Of a DNA stretch of 64,000 nucleotides, positions 46,551-56,164 are shown one piece after another; within the stretch, counting starts at the first letter, position 1; each line of letters opens with the position of its first letter. The position numbers and the translations under genes were made by a program. The notes below the pieces were generated by a model, which ran no database searches, was not told where the DNA came from, and was given only the letters and a program-made list of their open reading frames with translations. This DNA comes from an uncultured Acidobacteriaceae bacterium (GTDB lineage: Bacteria > Acidobacteriota > Terriglobia > Terriglobales > Acidobacteriaceae): assembly GCA_963724875.1 (NCBI GenBank), contig CAVRWN010000009.1, forward strand, positions 73,396 through 137,395. The letters run 5' to 3'.

Positions 46551-46745
46551 TCACCTCCCACGTCTTCCTAGCCCGAACATGACGAAGGCTATTCCGACGG
46601 CAAAGATAACAACACCGGCAAACCCGTGCCCCGCCATAAAGCAGGCGAGACAGATAATCAGCGCAAGCCCGATAACAGCCAACTTGATCAGAGCTTGCGC
46701 GATTTTTTCTGCTGGCTCCATGCCGACAATATCCATCCTTTCCAT
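46551..46745 (-). CDS. Small two-TM membrane protein, hypothetical
   Basis: MERMDIVGMEPAEKIAQALIKLAVIGLALIICLACFMAGHGFAGVVIFAVGIAFVMFGLGRRGR. Its start abuts the dGTPase stop at 46747-46749. Confidence 0.45.
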   Translation of the reverse strand: MERMDIVGMEPAEKIAQALIKLAVIGLALIICLACFMAGHGFAGVVIFAVGIAFVMFGLGRRGR

Positions 46746-46746
46746 T

Positions 46747-47865
46747 TCAATGCACGCCGCAAAACTTCTCATACTGTTCGATGATGAAGTGATCGGTCAT
46801 GCCGGCGATGTAGTCGCAGACCACGCGGGGCAGGGATTCCTGCGTGGCTTTTTCCTGATAGTAGTGGGGCAGGGCTGAGGGAGTTTCCATCCAGAAGGCG
46901 AAGAGTTTGCCGACGATGCGTTCGGCATCGTCCTTTTCTCCGGCTAACGACGGGCTGTAATAAAGGTTTTCGTAGAGGAAATCTTTGATCTGCTTGCGTT
47001 CGCTTTCTACTTCGGGGCTGAATGCGGCGAGCCGTTCTTTGTGCACGCGGACGTCGTCCAGAGTTTTTATCCCCGCCTGCTTCAGCCTCGCCTGCGTGTT
47101 CGTGATTAAATCGCCGGCCAGGAGGTTCAGCACTCCTTTCAGCGCTTCGTTGAATTTCAGTTTGGCGGGAGCATTGGGATACGTCTGCTCGGCTTCGCGG
47201 AAGAAACGCTCGAAGACCGGTACGCCTGCGCGGATTTGCTCGAGCGTGAGCAGATGGGCTTCGTAGCCGTCGTCGAGGTCGGCGGTGTTGTAGCCGATTT
47301 CATCCGTCAAGTCGATTAGTTGGGCTTCCAGCGGAGGCCGCTGGTCCAGCACATACTCCGCCAGTTCCGGATGTTTCGCCGTGTCGTAGTCGCGCGAGTG
47401 TTTGATGATGCCTTCGCGCACTTCAAAGGTCAGGTTAAGGCCGCGGAAGGCAGCGTAGCGCTGCTCGAAATCTTCGACGATACGCAGTGCGTGAAGGTTG
47501 TGGTCGAAGAATAGGCCGTGGGCGCGCATGGCGGCGTCGAGTGCTTTTTCGCCGGCGTGGCCGAACGGAGGATGGCCGAGATCATGAACCAGGGCCAGCG
47601 CTTCGGCTAGATCGACGTTGAGGGCGAGCGCGCCCGCGATAGTGCGCGTGATCTGCGCTACTTCGATAGTGTGGGTGAGGCGGTTGCGGAAGTGGTCGGA
47701 GTAGCGGCGGGTGAAAACCTGAGTCTTGTCTTCGAGGCGGCGGAAGGCGCGGGCATGGATGACGCGGTCGCGATCCCGCTGGAAGTCGTTGCGGTAGGGA
47801 TGGGGCGATTCAGGGAAGCGGCGTCCGCGGGAATGTTCCGCATGGACCGCGTAGCCGGCCAGCAT
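46747..47865 (-). CDS. dgt: Deoxyguanosinetriphosphate triphosphohydrolase-like protein (HD domain)
   Basis: RNDFQRDRDRVIHARAFRRLEDKTQVF, RLTHTIEVAQI and the HDLGHPPFGH HD motif. Confidence 0.88.
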   Translation of the reverse strand: MLAGYAVHAEHSRGRRFPESPHPYRNDFQRDRDRVIHARAFRRLEDKTQVFTRRYSDHFRNRLTHTIEVAQITRTIAGALALNVDLAEALALVHDLGHPPFGHAGEKALDAAMRAHGLFFDHNLHALRIVEDFEQRYAAFRGLNLTFEVREGIIKHSRDYDTAKHPELAEYVLDQRPPLEAQLIDLTDEIGYNTADLDDGYEAHLLTLEQIRAGVPVFERFFREAEQTYPNAPAKLKFNEALKGVLNLLAGDLITNTQARLKQAGIKTLDDVRVHKERLAAFSPEVESERKQIKDFLYENLYYSPSLAGEKDDAERIVGKLFAFWMETPSALPHYYQEKATQESLPRVVCDYIAGMTDHFIIEQYEKFCGVH

Positions 47866-47885
47866 TCTCGAAGTTTAGCAGGGGT

Positions 47886-47923
47886 GAGTACCTAGTACCT
47901 AGTTTTAGTACTCAGTACCCAGG
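47886..47923 (-). repeat. Heptad short tandem repeats (GTACCTA / GTACTCA type)
   Basis: GAGTACCTAGTACCTAGTTTTAGTACTCAGTACCCAGG lies between the GNAT stop (47948) and the dgt start (47865). Confidence 0.75.
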
Positions 47924-47947
47924 AAGGCATCGAGAAGCTAATTGCTT

Positions 47948-48436
47948 TTACGGCAGCTTGAGCACCATCTCGTTTCCGATTTCGAACCCGAGTGCCTCGT
48001 AGACAGAGCGTCCATCCTTACTGGCATGAAGCGTGACTCTGGCGAAGTCTTCGCGCTTGCACCAGTCAATCATCGTCTGCATGAGTCGTCGGGCGACGCC
48101 GCGGCGGCGATACTCGGGATAGGTGTAAACATTCAGAATGGTCGCGCGGCGGCACTCCAGATCGTAAGGATGGGCGGGCCAGGGAGAAATTATGATTGCG
48201 CCTCCGGCGGCGACGCGATTCCCGACTGAGGCCAGGCATGCGCGGAATGAGCCGTCGTCCAAAGATTTGGACAGGTAACCGGCCGACAGGGACACCATGG
48301 CTGCGAGCGCATCGGCATCTCGATAGCCCATGTCTTCGTACATGGCACGGCGCTGGCGCAGGATTTCAGGGATGTCGTTGGCCGTGGCTACGCGGATGTC
48401 GAGGTTTGGGAGAGGATGTTCTGAGCTGTCGGACAT
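47948..48436 (-). CDS. GNAT family N-acetyltransferase
   Basis: YPEYRRRGVARRLM is the acetyl-CoA-binding motif A. 162 aa. Confidence 0.85.
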   Translation of the reverse strand: MSDSSEHPLPNLDIRVATANDIPEILRQRRAMYEDMGYRDADALAAMVSLSAGYLSKSLDDGSFRACLASVGNRVAAGGAIIISPWPAHPYDLECRRATILNVYTYPEYRRRGVARRLMQTMIDWCKREDFARVTLHASKDGRSVYEALGFEIGNEMVLKLP

Positions 48437-48464
48437 GCGCGGAGTTTAGCAAAACTGCAAGTAC

Positions 48465-49085
48465 CTAGTACCGAGTTGCGAGCAAAGGCTCCGTCATTTT
48501 GATCGGCGACAATGCCTTGCTGGGTACTTGGTACCTGTTACTTCTCGCAGTGCTTATTTCTGTACTGCGTCCGGTGTGGGTGAGGGCGGGGTGGTCAGTG
48601 CCTTCAGGCGCCACAACGGTGTTCATCGCCTGATCGAAGTTCTTGTCGCGGTTCCCGAGCAGTATTGCTCCTCGCACATATTCGGTGAGGTTCCACAGCG
48701 TGATGCGGGTTTTGGGATCGATAATCACCAGGCGCAGCTGCCCGAGTACGGGAAGTCTTAATCCTGTATCGGTGAGGGCCCAACTGATCTCGAAGACCAG
48801 GTCGGCATCGGCGGGTGAGGATACGATTTCGTATCGGCCCCAGCTCTTCATCGCCGCATAGAATTCGTTATAGGGCCGGTCGGGGCCTCCATTGAAAACC
48901 GTCTCGTCGATAACCGTCTCAAGGCTTGCGCCGCCGGCGTTGGAAATGAATACCTTCTGGGCGGCGGCGATTTGCGCCGGCACGGGAGCGGGCGTCGTTT
49001 CTTTGGATTGCTGCGCGCTTACCGCCTGAACGAGTGCCAAGATCGCAACGATTAGAAAGAAAGCGGACGGCTTGATGGTCCTCAC
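48465..49085 (-). CDS. Exported hypothetical protein
   Basis: GTG at 49085 with GGAGGG 7 nt upstream. Signal peptide AFFLIVAILALVQAVSA. The last ~45 codons run into repeat-like sequence. Confidence 0.6.
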   Translation of the reverse strand: MRTIKPSAFFLIVAILALVQAVSAQQSKETTPAPVPAQIAAAQKVFISNAGGASLETVIDETVFNGGPDRPYNEFYAAMKSWGRYEIVSSPADADLVFEISWALTDTGLRLPVLGQLRLVIIDPKTRITLWNLTEYVRGAILLGNRDKNFDQAMNTVVAPEGTDHPALTHTGRSTEISTARSNRYQVPSKALSPIKMTEPLLATRY

Positions 49086-49109
49086 GATTGGCCCTCCTGA
49101 AGGTCGCAG

Positions 49110-49199
49110 CACCTAGTACCCAGTACCGAGGGAGTGGCACTGGTGCAGGTACGATTCTTACTGGGCACTGGGCACTGGGTACTCGGTACTGACTACTGA
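49110..49199 (-). repeat. Heptad short tandem repeat blocks (two blocks with partly complementary units)
   Basis: CACCTAGTACCCAGTACCGAGG at 49110-49132 and CTGGGCACTGGGCACTGGGTACTCGGTACTGACTACTGA at 49161-49199. The second block overlaps the TPR gene stop (49193-49195). Confidence 0.75.
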
Positions 49200-51292
49200 T
49201 TCCCCGAACCTTCCTTGGCCAAGCGGACCCTGGCGGCGTCGAGCTTCTTCTGCGTGGCCGCGAACAAATCGCCGTCCTGTTCCGGAGCTATGGTCTTGTT
49301 CCACTCTTCGACGGCCCGCTCCCAGTGAGCGGCGGCCAGCTTTAAGCGGCCGGTTTTCTGGTAGAGATCGCCGAGGTGATCCTGCACGGTTGGATCGGAA
49401 CCCATGCGCAAAGATGCTTTAGTCAGGTTCTCTTCGGCCAAGTCGTATTTGCCGAGCTTGAAATAAACCCAGCCCAGGGAATCCAGATAAGCGCCGTTGG
49501 TCGGGTCCAGGCTCACGGCCGTCTTGATGTAATTCAGTGACTCTTCGAGACGGACATCGCGATCGGCGTTCATGTAACCGAGATAATTGAGGGCCGCGGC
49601 GCTTTGCGGCGTAATCGCAAGAACTTTCTTGAACTGAGCTTCGGCCTCGTCGTATTTCTTTTCGTGCTCGTAGGTGTCGCCGCGGAGGAAGTAGACGTAC
49701 TCCTTGTCGTCGGGCTTGGTGGAGAGCTGTTCGGCTTTGTCGAGCGCCTCCTCGGCATCGCTGAAGCGCTTCAAGCGGGTGTACATAATGGCCAGCCGGA
49801 GGTAGACGTCGCGATCTTCGGGCGTACCCTTGAGCATGGAGCGCACGTCGGCGAGAGGCTTCTCGGGGTCGCCGCTGTCGGCGAGCTGGCCATCGAGCAC
49901 CATGCGCAGTTCACGGTCGTTGGGCAGCTTTTGCACCGCCTCTTTGGCAGTGGCCGTAGCCTGTGACCATTGCTTGGCGTCGCGATAAGTGTCGATGATG
50001 TTCTGGTAACCGGAGCGGGCGTTGTCGTCGCCGAGAGCGATCATCTGGCGGAAGGCTTCAATCGCGGCAGGATAGTTCTCCTGGTCGCGGTAGACCATGC
50101 CGAGGCGTTCTATGAAGATGCCGCGATTGTTGCGGTCGGATTGCGAGTAGCTGCTGTCGGGCTTCTCGGTTTTCTTCAGCAGATCCTGCAGGATCTTCGC
50201 AGCCTCGTCGTAGCGCGCCTGGGCCTCGTAAACGACCGCGATGTTGTAGGGAACTTCGAGGGCGTCAGGGACCATGGCTTCGGCCTTTTTCAGGCTGTCG
50301 AGCGCCTCGTCGTACTTACCCTGGCGACGGTAGATTTCCGAGATGCGCAGGTAGGTCTGTGCATCCTCTGGATTGGCGTCGGCGATCACTTTGTATTGAT
50401 CGAGGGCGGCGTCGATCTGGCCATCGTTGAGAAGATTCTCTGCCAGGCCGCGGATGGCGTCGAGATTGTCGCGATCCAACTGAATGGCGTGTTTGTAGGC
50501 GTCGATGGCCAGCTTGTAATCCTTGCGCTGCTCGTAGGTCGCGCCCAGTGCGGCGTAGAGCTTGGCGGACCGCCCAGTATCGGGCACGGAACTGAGCACC
50601 TGCAGGGCGTGAGTGGTGTCGCCTTCATCGCTGTAAAGCAGAGAGAGCGTGGTGACGGCTTCTTCGGAGTCAGGGTCGAGCTGAACGGCCGTCTTGAGTT
50701 CAGTTTCCGCCTTCTGCAAATCATTGTTCAGGCGGTAGAGGCGGCCCAGCAGAAGGTGGTCGTCCACATTGTTAGGCTCGATCTTCACGATCTGTTCGTA
50801 CTGCTCGATGGCCAGCTTGAGGACGTTCTCGGAGCCGTTGCCGCCGCCGGGCAAGTCGCCGAGGGAGCGCAGGTAAATCCGGCCCAGCAGCTTGTGGGCT
50901 TCAAGATTGTTGGGATCACGTTTGAGGATATCCTGCGCCTGCAGGACGGCGTCGCGGATGCGTCCGGTTTTTACGTAGAGCTCGGCCAGGCCTGAGGTCA
51001 GGAATTCAGAGGACGGGTCGGCCTCGATGGCGAGCCGGTACTCTTCCATAGCTTTGTTCGCCAACTCACTGCGTCCGTAGACCGTGACCTGCTCCTCGTA
51101 CATGTGCGCGACCGTGTAGTGGTAATAGGCGACGGCGCGATCCACTTTGCGCGGCGAGGCTTGCGCCGATTTGGACGGAGCGGCGTTGGAGTCCGCTGAC
51201 GGAGATTCCGCCGGCTTGGTTGGACTGGTTTGAGCGACCGCAGCCGCTGCGAGGGTGGAGAACACTAAAAAGCCGCGAAAGATTCTATTCAT
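49193..51292 (-). CDS. Secreted TPR-repeat protein (about 699 aa)
   Basis: Start MNRIFRGFLVFSTLAAAAVAQ (ATG at 51292), then many 34-aa TPR units. The upstream 93 codons of the ORF-track entry look non-coding. Confidence 0.8.
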   Translation of the reverse strand: MNRIFRGFLVFSTLAAAAVAQTSPTKPAESPSADSNAAPSKSAQASPRKVDRAVAYYHYTVAHMYEEQVTVYGRSELANKAMEEYRLAIEADPSSEFLTSGLAELYVKTGRIRDAVLQAQDILKRDPNNLEAHKLLGRIYLRSLGDLPGGGNGSENVLKLAIEQYEQIVKIEPNNVDDHLLLGRLYRLNNDLQKAETELKTAVQLDPDSEEAVTTLSLLYSDEGDTTHALQVLSSVPDTGRSAKLYAALGATYEQRKDYKLAIDAYKHAIQLDRDNLDAIRGLAENLLNDGQIDAALDQYKVIADANPEDAQTYLRISEIYRRQGKYDEALDSLKKAEAMVPDALEVPYNIAVVYEAQARYDEAAKILQDLLKKTEKPDSSYSQSDRNNRGIFIERLGMVYRDQENYPAAIEAFRQMIALGDDNARSGYQNIIDTYRDAKQWSQATATAKEAVQKLPNDRELRMVLDGQLADSGDPEKPLADVRSMLKGTPEDRDVYLRLAIMYTRLKRFSDAEEALDKAEQLSTKPDDKEYVYFLRGDTYEHEKKYDEAEAQFKKVLAITPQSAAALNYLGYMNADRDVRLEESLNYIKTAVSLDPTNGAYLDSLGWVYFKLGKYDLAEENLTKASLRMGSDPTVQDHLGDLYQKTGRLKLAAAHWERAVEEWNKTIAPEQDGDLFAATQKKLDAARVRLAKEGSGNQ

Positions 51293-51570
51293 GCTTGACC
51301 TGAGAACGCTGGACTCGATTCTACCGGAAATGGTTCTGTTAGACCTGATCGTATTAGAGCTGTGTGCACTTCCCGAAACCATACCCACTTGGATGCAAAC
51401 CGGCAGGGGTAGTGTGCTTAATTCTAACCCGGTATAGACAGGATTACAGAAAAACAGCGCGTCGGACAGGGCTGCGGTGCAAGCGGAAGTACAGGGACTG
51501 GGGGGACTTGCGGAGGCGAGTGTCAAGTTTGGTAAAGGGATGAATTGCTGACTGCTGATTATTAACTTCA

Positions 51571-53148
51571 CTAGTGGCGGAAGTGCCGCACGCCCGTGAA
51601 CAGCATGGCCAGCCCCAGGCGGTCGGCGGCTGCGACTACTTCGGGGTCGCGCTGCGAGCCTCCGGGTTGGATGATGGCGGTCGCGCCTGCTTTGGCAATT
51701 TCTTCGACGCCATCGGGAAACGGAAAGAACGCGTCGGACGCGGCGACTGTTCCTTTAAGCGGCAGTTGCGCCTTCATCGCGCCGATCTTGGCTGAATCTA
51801 CGCGGCTCATCTGGCCGGCGCCTACGCCGACGGTCTGTCCGTCGCGGGCGTAGACGATGGCGTTCGACTTGACGTGCTTGCAGACCTTCCAGGCGAAAAG
51901 CATTGCGCGGGTTTCTTCGGGTGTGGGGACGCGCTGGGTGGCGACCTTGAGGTCGATGTCTTGCAACGGTCGGGAATCGTTGTCTTGCAGGAGGATTCCG
52001 CCGGAGACGTTTTTCAAAATCCACTTCTGTGGCGCGGCTTTTACTTCGACGAGGCGAAGATTCTTCTTGGTAGCGAAGCGGGCTTTCGCAGCTTCGTCAA
52101 AAGAGGGCGCGGCGATTACTTCGAGGAAGAGTTTGTGCATCTCTTCCGCGGCTTCACCGTCGATAGGACGGTTCACGCCGATCACGCCGCCGAAGGCTGA
52201 GACCGGATCGCATTCGAGAGCACGCTTGTAGGCCTCGGCAAGAGTTTTGCCGGTTGCCGCGCCGGCGGGATTGGTGTGCTTGATGATGGCGCAGACTGCG
52301 GCCTCGTCCGGATCGAATTCCTGGGCGAGATCCCATGCGGCTTGCAGGTCGACGATGTTGTTGTAGGAAAGTTCCTTGCCTTGGAGCTGGTGGGCGTTGG
52401 CTACGCCCACGCCGGAAGCGTCGGAGTACATCGCCGCTTTCTGATGCGGGTTTTCGCCGTAGCGCAGGTCGAGAGTCTTCTGGAATGACAGGCGCAGGGT
52501 TCGCGGGAAGGCTTCTGCACCTGCGAGTTGAGCACTCTTGATGTCGGGGATGAGTTCGAGTGTCGAGGCAATGGCGGAATCATAGGCAGCTGTTGTAGCG
52601 AAAGCTTTCTGCGCTAGTCGCCACTTGGTTTCGACAGACAGCGCGCCCTGGTTGCGGGCGAGTTCTTCGGCAATGGCTGTGTAGTCGGCCGGAGAAGTTA
52701 CGACGGCGACGTCGCGAAAATTCTTGGCAGCGGAGCGGATCATGGACGGTCCACCGATGTCGATGTTCTCGATCAACTCTTCGAAAGCCACGCCCGGCTT
52801 GGCGGCGGTTTTTTCGAAGGCATAGAGATTCACCACGACCATGTCGATTGGCTGGATGCCGTGCTCGGCGACAGCTGCGACATGCGCGGGATTCTCGCGG
52901 CGATGCAGGATTCCGCCGTGAACTTTGGGGTGCAGCGTCTTGACGCGGCCGTCGAGCATTTCCGGGAATCCGGTGAGTTCGGAGATGTCTTTGACGGCGA
53001 TGCCGGAGTCGCGCAGCAGCCTGGCCGTGCCTCCGGTGGAGATGAGTTCGACGCCAAGGCTGGAGAGCTGGCGGGCGAAATCGACGAGGCCGGTCTTATC
53101 GGTGACGCTGAGAATGGCGCGCTGGATGCGGGAAGTGCTGCGTGACAT
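51571..53148 (-). CDS. purH: Bifunctional AICAR formyltransferase / IMP cyclohydrolase
   Basis: [19 protein letters not shown]...[15 protein letters not shown] and the C-terminal [11 protein letters not shown]...[14 protein letters not shown] at 53148. Confidence 0.95.
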   Translation of the reverse strand: MSRSTSRIQRAILSVTDKTGLVDFARQLSSLGVELISTGGTARLLRDSGIAVKDISELTGFPEMLDGRVKTLHPKVHGGILHRRENPAHVAAVAEHGIQPIDMVVVNLYAFEKTAAKPGVAFEELIENIDIGGPSMIRSAAKNFRDVAVVTSPADYTAIAEELARNQGALSVETKWRLAQKAFATTAAYDSAIASTLELIPDIKSAQLAGAEAFPRTLRLSFQKTLDLRYGENPHQKAAMYSDASGVGVANAHQLQGKELSYNNIVDLQAAWDLAQEFDPDEAAVCAIIKHTNPAGAATGKTLAEAYKRALECDPVSAFGGVIGVNRPIDGEAAEEMHKLFLEVIAAPSFDEAAKARFATKKNLRLVEVKAAPQKWILKNVSGGILLQDNDSRPLQDIDLKVATQRVPTPEETRAMLFAWKVCKHVKSNAIVYARDGQTVGVGAGQMSRVDSAKIGAMKAQLPLKGTVAASDAFFPFPDGVEEIAKAGATAIIQPGGSQRDPEVVAAADRLGLAMLFTGVRHFRH

Positions 53149-53246
53149 GTCGGCCTCGGATGAAGAATGGACGCCGGATGCGGCGCCCGAAAATTCTATC
53201 AGCAAACCGGTTGCAGGCCGTTTGGCCGCAGATTGTCGCAATCTTT

Positions 53247-53278
53247 CTTAACGTTCCAGAATCTTAACGTTCCAGAAT
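53247..53278 (-). repeat. Perfect 16-bp tandem duplication spanning the M1 peptidase stop codon
   Basis: CTTAACGTTCCAGAAT at 53247-53262 is repeated exactly at 53263-53278. On the coding strand it reads ATT CTG GAA CGT TAA G, twice. Confidence 0.9.
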
Positions 53279-56011
53279 GTCTTTATCAGCGTTCAGGGCG
53301 ACTTTCTTTGGCTGGGCAGGAAGCGGAACGTCGACGTTGCGAGTGGTGTCGCCGACGATTCCGATTTGGCCAATGCGACTCATGCCCTTGCCGAAATCGG
53401 CAAACACGGGAACCAGCATGGCAAAGCGGTCATCGACCTCGCTTTGGGTGATGCTCATGTGCAGCTTCAACCGCCCCCCGTCGCCCGGAGTGACCTGATA
53501 CTCGAAGTGGTATCGCGGCACCTGAGTGCCATAGACCCACTCTTTGAAGAACCAGTCGAGACGGCCATTCTTGTCAAAGTCCATCAGCTTGGTCATGTGC
53601 TTCTCGGCAATTGCCTTGAAGGACTCCGTGGTTGCCGCCCGGTCGCGATGGCTCTCCACAAAATCATGCATCATGGCAATGAACGCCTTGTCCTGGTCAT
53701 GATCTTCCGTGCTGCGCATCATCGAGCGCAGCATTTGCAGGACGTAGGCACCCTTGGGATAGATAACGTTCTGATAGGCGCTCTCGGTGCGCGGGGAAAT
53801 CAGGCGCAATCCCATCCACAGCGGCCCTGCATCGTTGGGGGCGATGCCGAAATTATTCTTCTCGAGAATACGCTTGCGCAGGCGCTCCCAGAATTCGAGG
53901 TAGTCCTTCCGCCAATCCCCTCCCACGGCCTGCTGTAGAAACAGGCCGGCGGAAAACTCGGCGAACCCCTCGGAAAGCCACTGATCATGGTAGGTGGCCC
54001 AGCCCACAGAATGCCCCCACCACTGGTGGGAGACTTCATGCGGAGTTACCTCCTGCACGAAGCCGGTGAACTTGCTGTTGATCTGTCCGAAAAGCATCCA
54101 TCTCTGGGTCGAATCAGTGTAGGCAGAAATGGGAAGGTAAACCAGGTTGGGCCAGGACTGTCCAAAATTAAAGTCCGGCTGCTCGGTGATGTGGATTTCC
54201 TCGTAGGGAATCTTGCCGAAGTAGAAGCTGCAGAGCTGCAACTGCGCACGGGTTTGCTCGAGGGCATACTTCGTCATGCTGCGAGGCGCAAGGGATTTAA
54301 GCACGGGACTCCGGCGCAGATTGTCGGGCAATTCGCTCAGGTAGTAGCCGGAAATCTTATAGCCGGTGATGTCATCAGGCACATCGAGCCTCTGATAGTC
54401 GCCATAATTGAATCCGGCCACGGCCACGGGGATCGGCGTTATCCAGTGCGTCACGGCCAAGTCCTGCTCGATCGACTCACTCTCCAGTTTGCCGATGCTG
54501 ATGACCTTGTCAGCCCGCGGGACTTTGAACGTGAGGTCATAAAAAGCCTTTTCGCCAAACCCATTCAGGTTTGGATACCAGGAAGTCCGCGCAAGGACGT
54601 AGAAGCTTCCCTCTCCCGCCTGTTCCAGCACCTTGTCGCCCGAGTATTCAACCGTGATGGACACTGTCTGGCCGAGCGGCGGCGCCTCAGGAAGTATCGC
54701 GTAAAACGAGCCATCCTCCTTGCGGCTCTCTTGGATGAAGTAAAGATCCTTGCCCTGTTCATCCGCAACCCGCGTGACCCGGAGATTGGGCAACAGGCCA
54801 AACTTGAGCACTCTCTCCCCTGCAATGAGAGGCTCGAAGCTGATCGTGGCTGTGCTGAACAAGTGTCCGTTCTTGGCGATGACGGTTTCGATTTTGTAGC
54901 GGTGGGTGGCGAAGAGGCGGCGGTCTTCACGCGAATTGGCTGTGCGATTCAAGTATTCAGACTTCAGGTGAGCCAGATACCAGACGCCGTCTTCCATGCC
55001 TCCGGGATCGTAGTTGATGAGTGCGACCTCTTCCGGCGAATCGAGCTGGGGTACGGCGCCCACGCGATTCCGCACGAAGAAGCGGAGATCTTTGTGCATC
55101 TGGCCGCGGAGATAGGCATTAAAGAATTCTGGGTGCGCCGGATTGTAGACGGCGGAGAGAACATCGGCGTCCACGTTGTCCATGGTTTCACCATGCAGCA
55201 GATACTCGGTAAAGCCAAGAGGGCGTTCCTGACGCTGCCGCATGCGCTCCCTCCACCGATTGAGGACGGCGGCCGCCTCCGATGCAGCTTCCGCTCGACC
55301 GCCCAAGCCGGGGAGGAACTTCAGACGGCCATCCGGCGTGAACCGGAAAACCGCCTCGGCGAAGTCTTCGCTCACCTCGGCTGCGCCCGTGCGACGGCTC
55401 AGCTCGTTCGCGTCAAGAGCAAGCATGGGCTTCAGACTGAAATGCCCTTCGCCGGTGAAGATCGCTCCGGTTACTTCTCCGTTCACCGGGCCAAGGAAGG
55501 TGAGAGTTCCTTTCCGAAACTGGAATGTCGCGACGTCGCAGGTTAGTGTGAAATTGTCGAAGTGGAACGATTCACCCAATCCAACGTCACGAAGTTGCCG
55601 GTAGACAGGGTCGGTGTTGGCAAAAGCCAGACTTCTTCCCGGGACCGAAATGATTTCTTGCCGTTTGGCGATGGCGAGGGTGAGCTGCAATTCGACCGCG
55701 CCCTGCAAGTTCACGACTTTTATCAGAGGCTCGAAACCCTCGCGCGTTACGCGCACCGAATACGTTCCGGGTTTCAGATCAGGAGAATTAAACTTACCCA
55801 GCCCGTCCGACGCCAGCACGATTGGCTGCGCCAGGTCTCCGCCGGTGATTTCGATAGCCGCTCCGGCGATGACCGCGCCCGATGGATCCTGAACAGTGCC
55901 AGAGATCGTCTGTGCGCGGAGACCGGTTGGCCCCAGCATGCAGCAAAGAAATAGTGCAATCTTCGACAAGGAAGAAAGCCGGGATACACGGGCCTTGGGA
56001 AAATCCTTCAT
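53264..56011 (-). CDS. Secreted M1 family zinc aminopeptidase with an N-terminal carboxypeptidase-regulatory-like domain
   Basis: The HEXXH-X18-E gluzincin signature is HEVSHQWWGHSVGWATYHDQWLSEGFAEF. N-terminus ISGTVQDPSGAVIAGAAIEITG. Signal peptide present. Confidence 0.85.
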   Translation of the reverse strand: MKDFPKARVSRLSSLSKIALFLCCMLGPTGLRAQTISGTVQDPSGAVIAGAAIEITGGDLAQPIVLASDGLGKFNSPDLKPGTYSVRVTREGFEPLIKVVNLQGAVELQLTLAIAKRQEIISVPGRSLAFANTDPVYRQLRDVGLGESFHFDNFTLTCDVATFQFRKGTLTFLGPVNGEVTGAIFTGEGHFSLKPMLALDANELSRRTGAAEVSEDFAEAVFRFTPDGRLKFLPGLGGRAEAASEAAAVLNRWRERMRQRQERPLGFTEYLLHGETMDNVDADVLSAVYNPAHPEFFNAYLRGQMHKDLRFFVRNRVGAVPQLDSPEEVALINYDPGGMEDGVWYLAHLKSEYLNRTANSREDRRLFATHRYKIETVIAKNGHLFSTATISFEPLIAGERVLKFGLLPNLRVTRVADEQGKDLYFIQESRKEDGSFYAILPEAPPLGQTVSITVEYSGDKVLEQAGEGSFYVLARTSWYPNLNGFGEKAFYDLTFKVPRADKVISIGKLESESIEQDLAVTHWITPIPVAVAGFNYGDYQRLDVPDDITGYKISGYYLSELPDNLRRSPVLKSLAPRSMTKYALEQTRAQLQLCSFYFGKIPYEEIHITEQPDFNFGQSWPNLVYLPISAYTDSTQRWMLFGQINSKFTGFVQEVTPHEVSHQWWGHSVGWATYHDQWLSEGFAEFSAGLFLQQAVGGDWRKDYLEFWERLRKRILEKNNFGIAPNDAGPLWMGLRLISPRTESAYQNVIYPKGAYVLQMLRSMMRSTEDHDQDKAFIAMMHDFVESHRDRAATTESFKAIAEKHMTKLMDFDKNGRLDWFFKEWVYGTQVPRYHFEYQVTPGDGGRLKLHMSITQSEVDDRFAMLVPVFADFGKGMSRIGQIGIVGDTTRNVDVPLPAQPKKVALNADKDILER

Positions 56012-56164
56012 GATTTCTCTGAGTTTGATTCTAGTTCGTTACCGAGGCGCAGGTATTTTGGCACGATTCAGAACCGAAATGGGGAAAGATCGAAACGAGC
56101 AGCGAGCCGGCCAGGGTCCAGTGTTTTGCGGAACAGGGTAACGGCGTAGTGCGATCGTGCTAGA

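Noticed and set aside
46747-47865. dGTPase as a possible anti-phage dNTP-depletion defence gene.
   Set aside because: The sequence looks like the ordinary housekeeping Dgt-like HD protein. The neighbours are GNAT and envelope genes rather than defence-island genes. Nothing in the sequence supports a defence role.
49133-49150. TGGCAC at 49135-49140 (GAGTGGCACTGGTGCAGG) as a sigma-54 -24/-12 promoter. Other TGGCAC hits lie at about 56055 and 62538.
   Set aside because: The spacing to a GC element is wrong: GC falls 3 nt too early at 49135 and is absent in the others. None matches TGGCAC-N5-TTGC.
51293-51571. Upstream extensions of several ORF-track entries: 49193..51571, 36940..38673, 8966..9973, 11405..12934, 51571..53241, 17030..18598.
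   Set aside because: In each case an internal Met (or GTG) is followed by a signal peptide or the canonical family N-terminus. The extension also overlaps a neighbouring gene or repeat.
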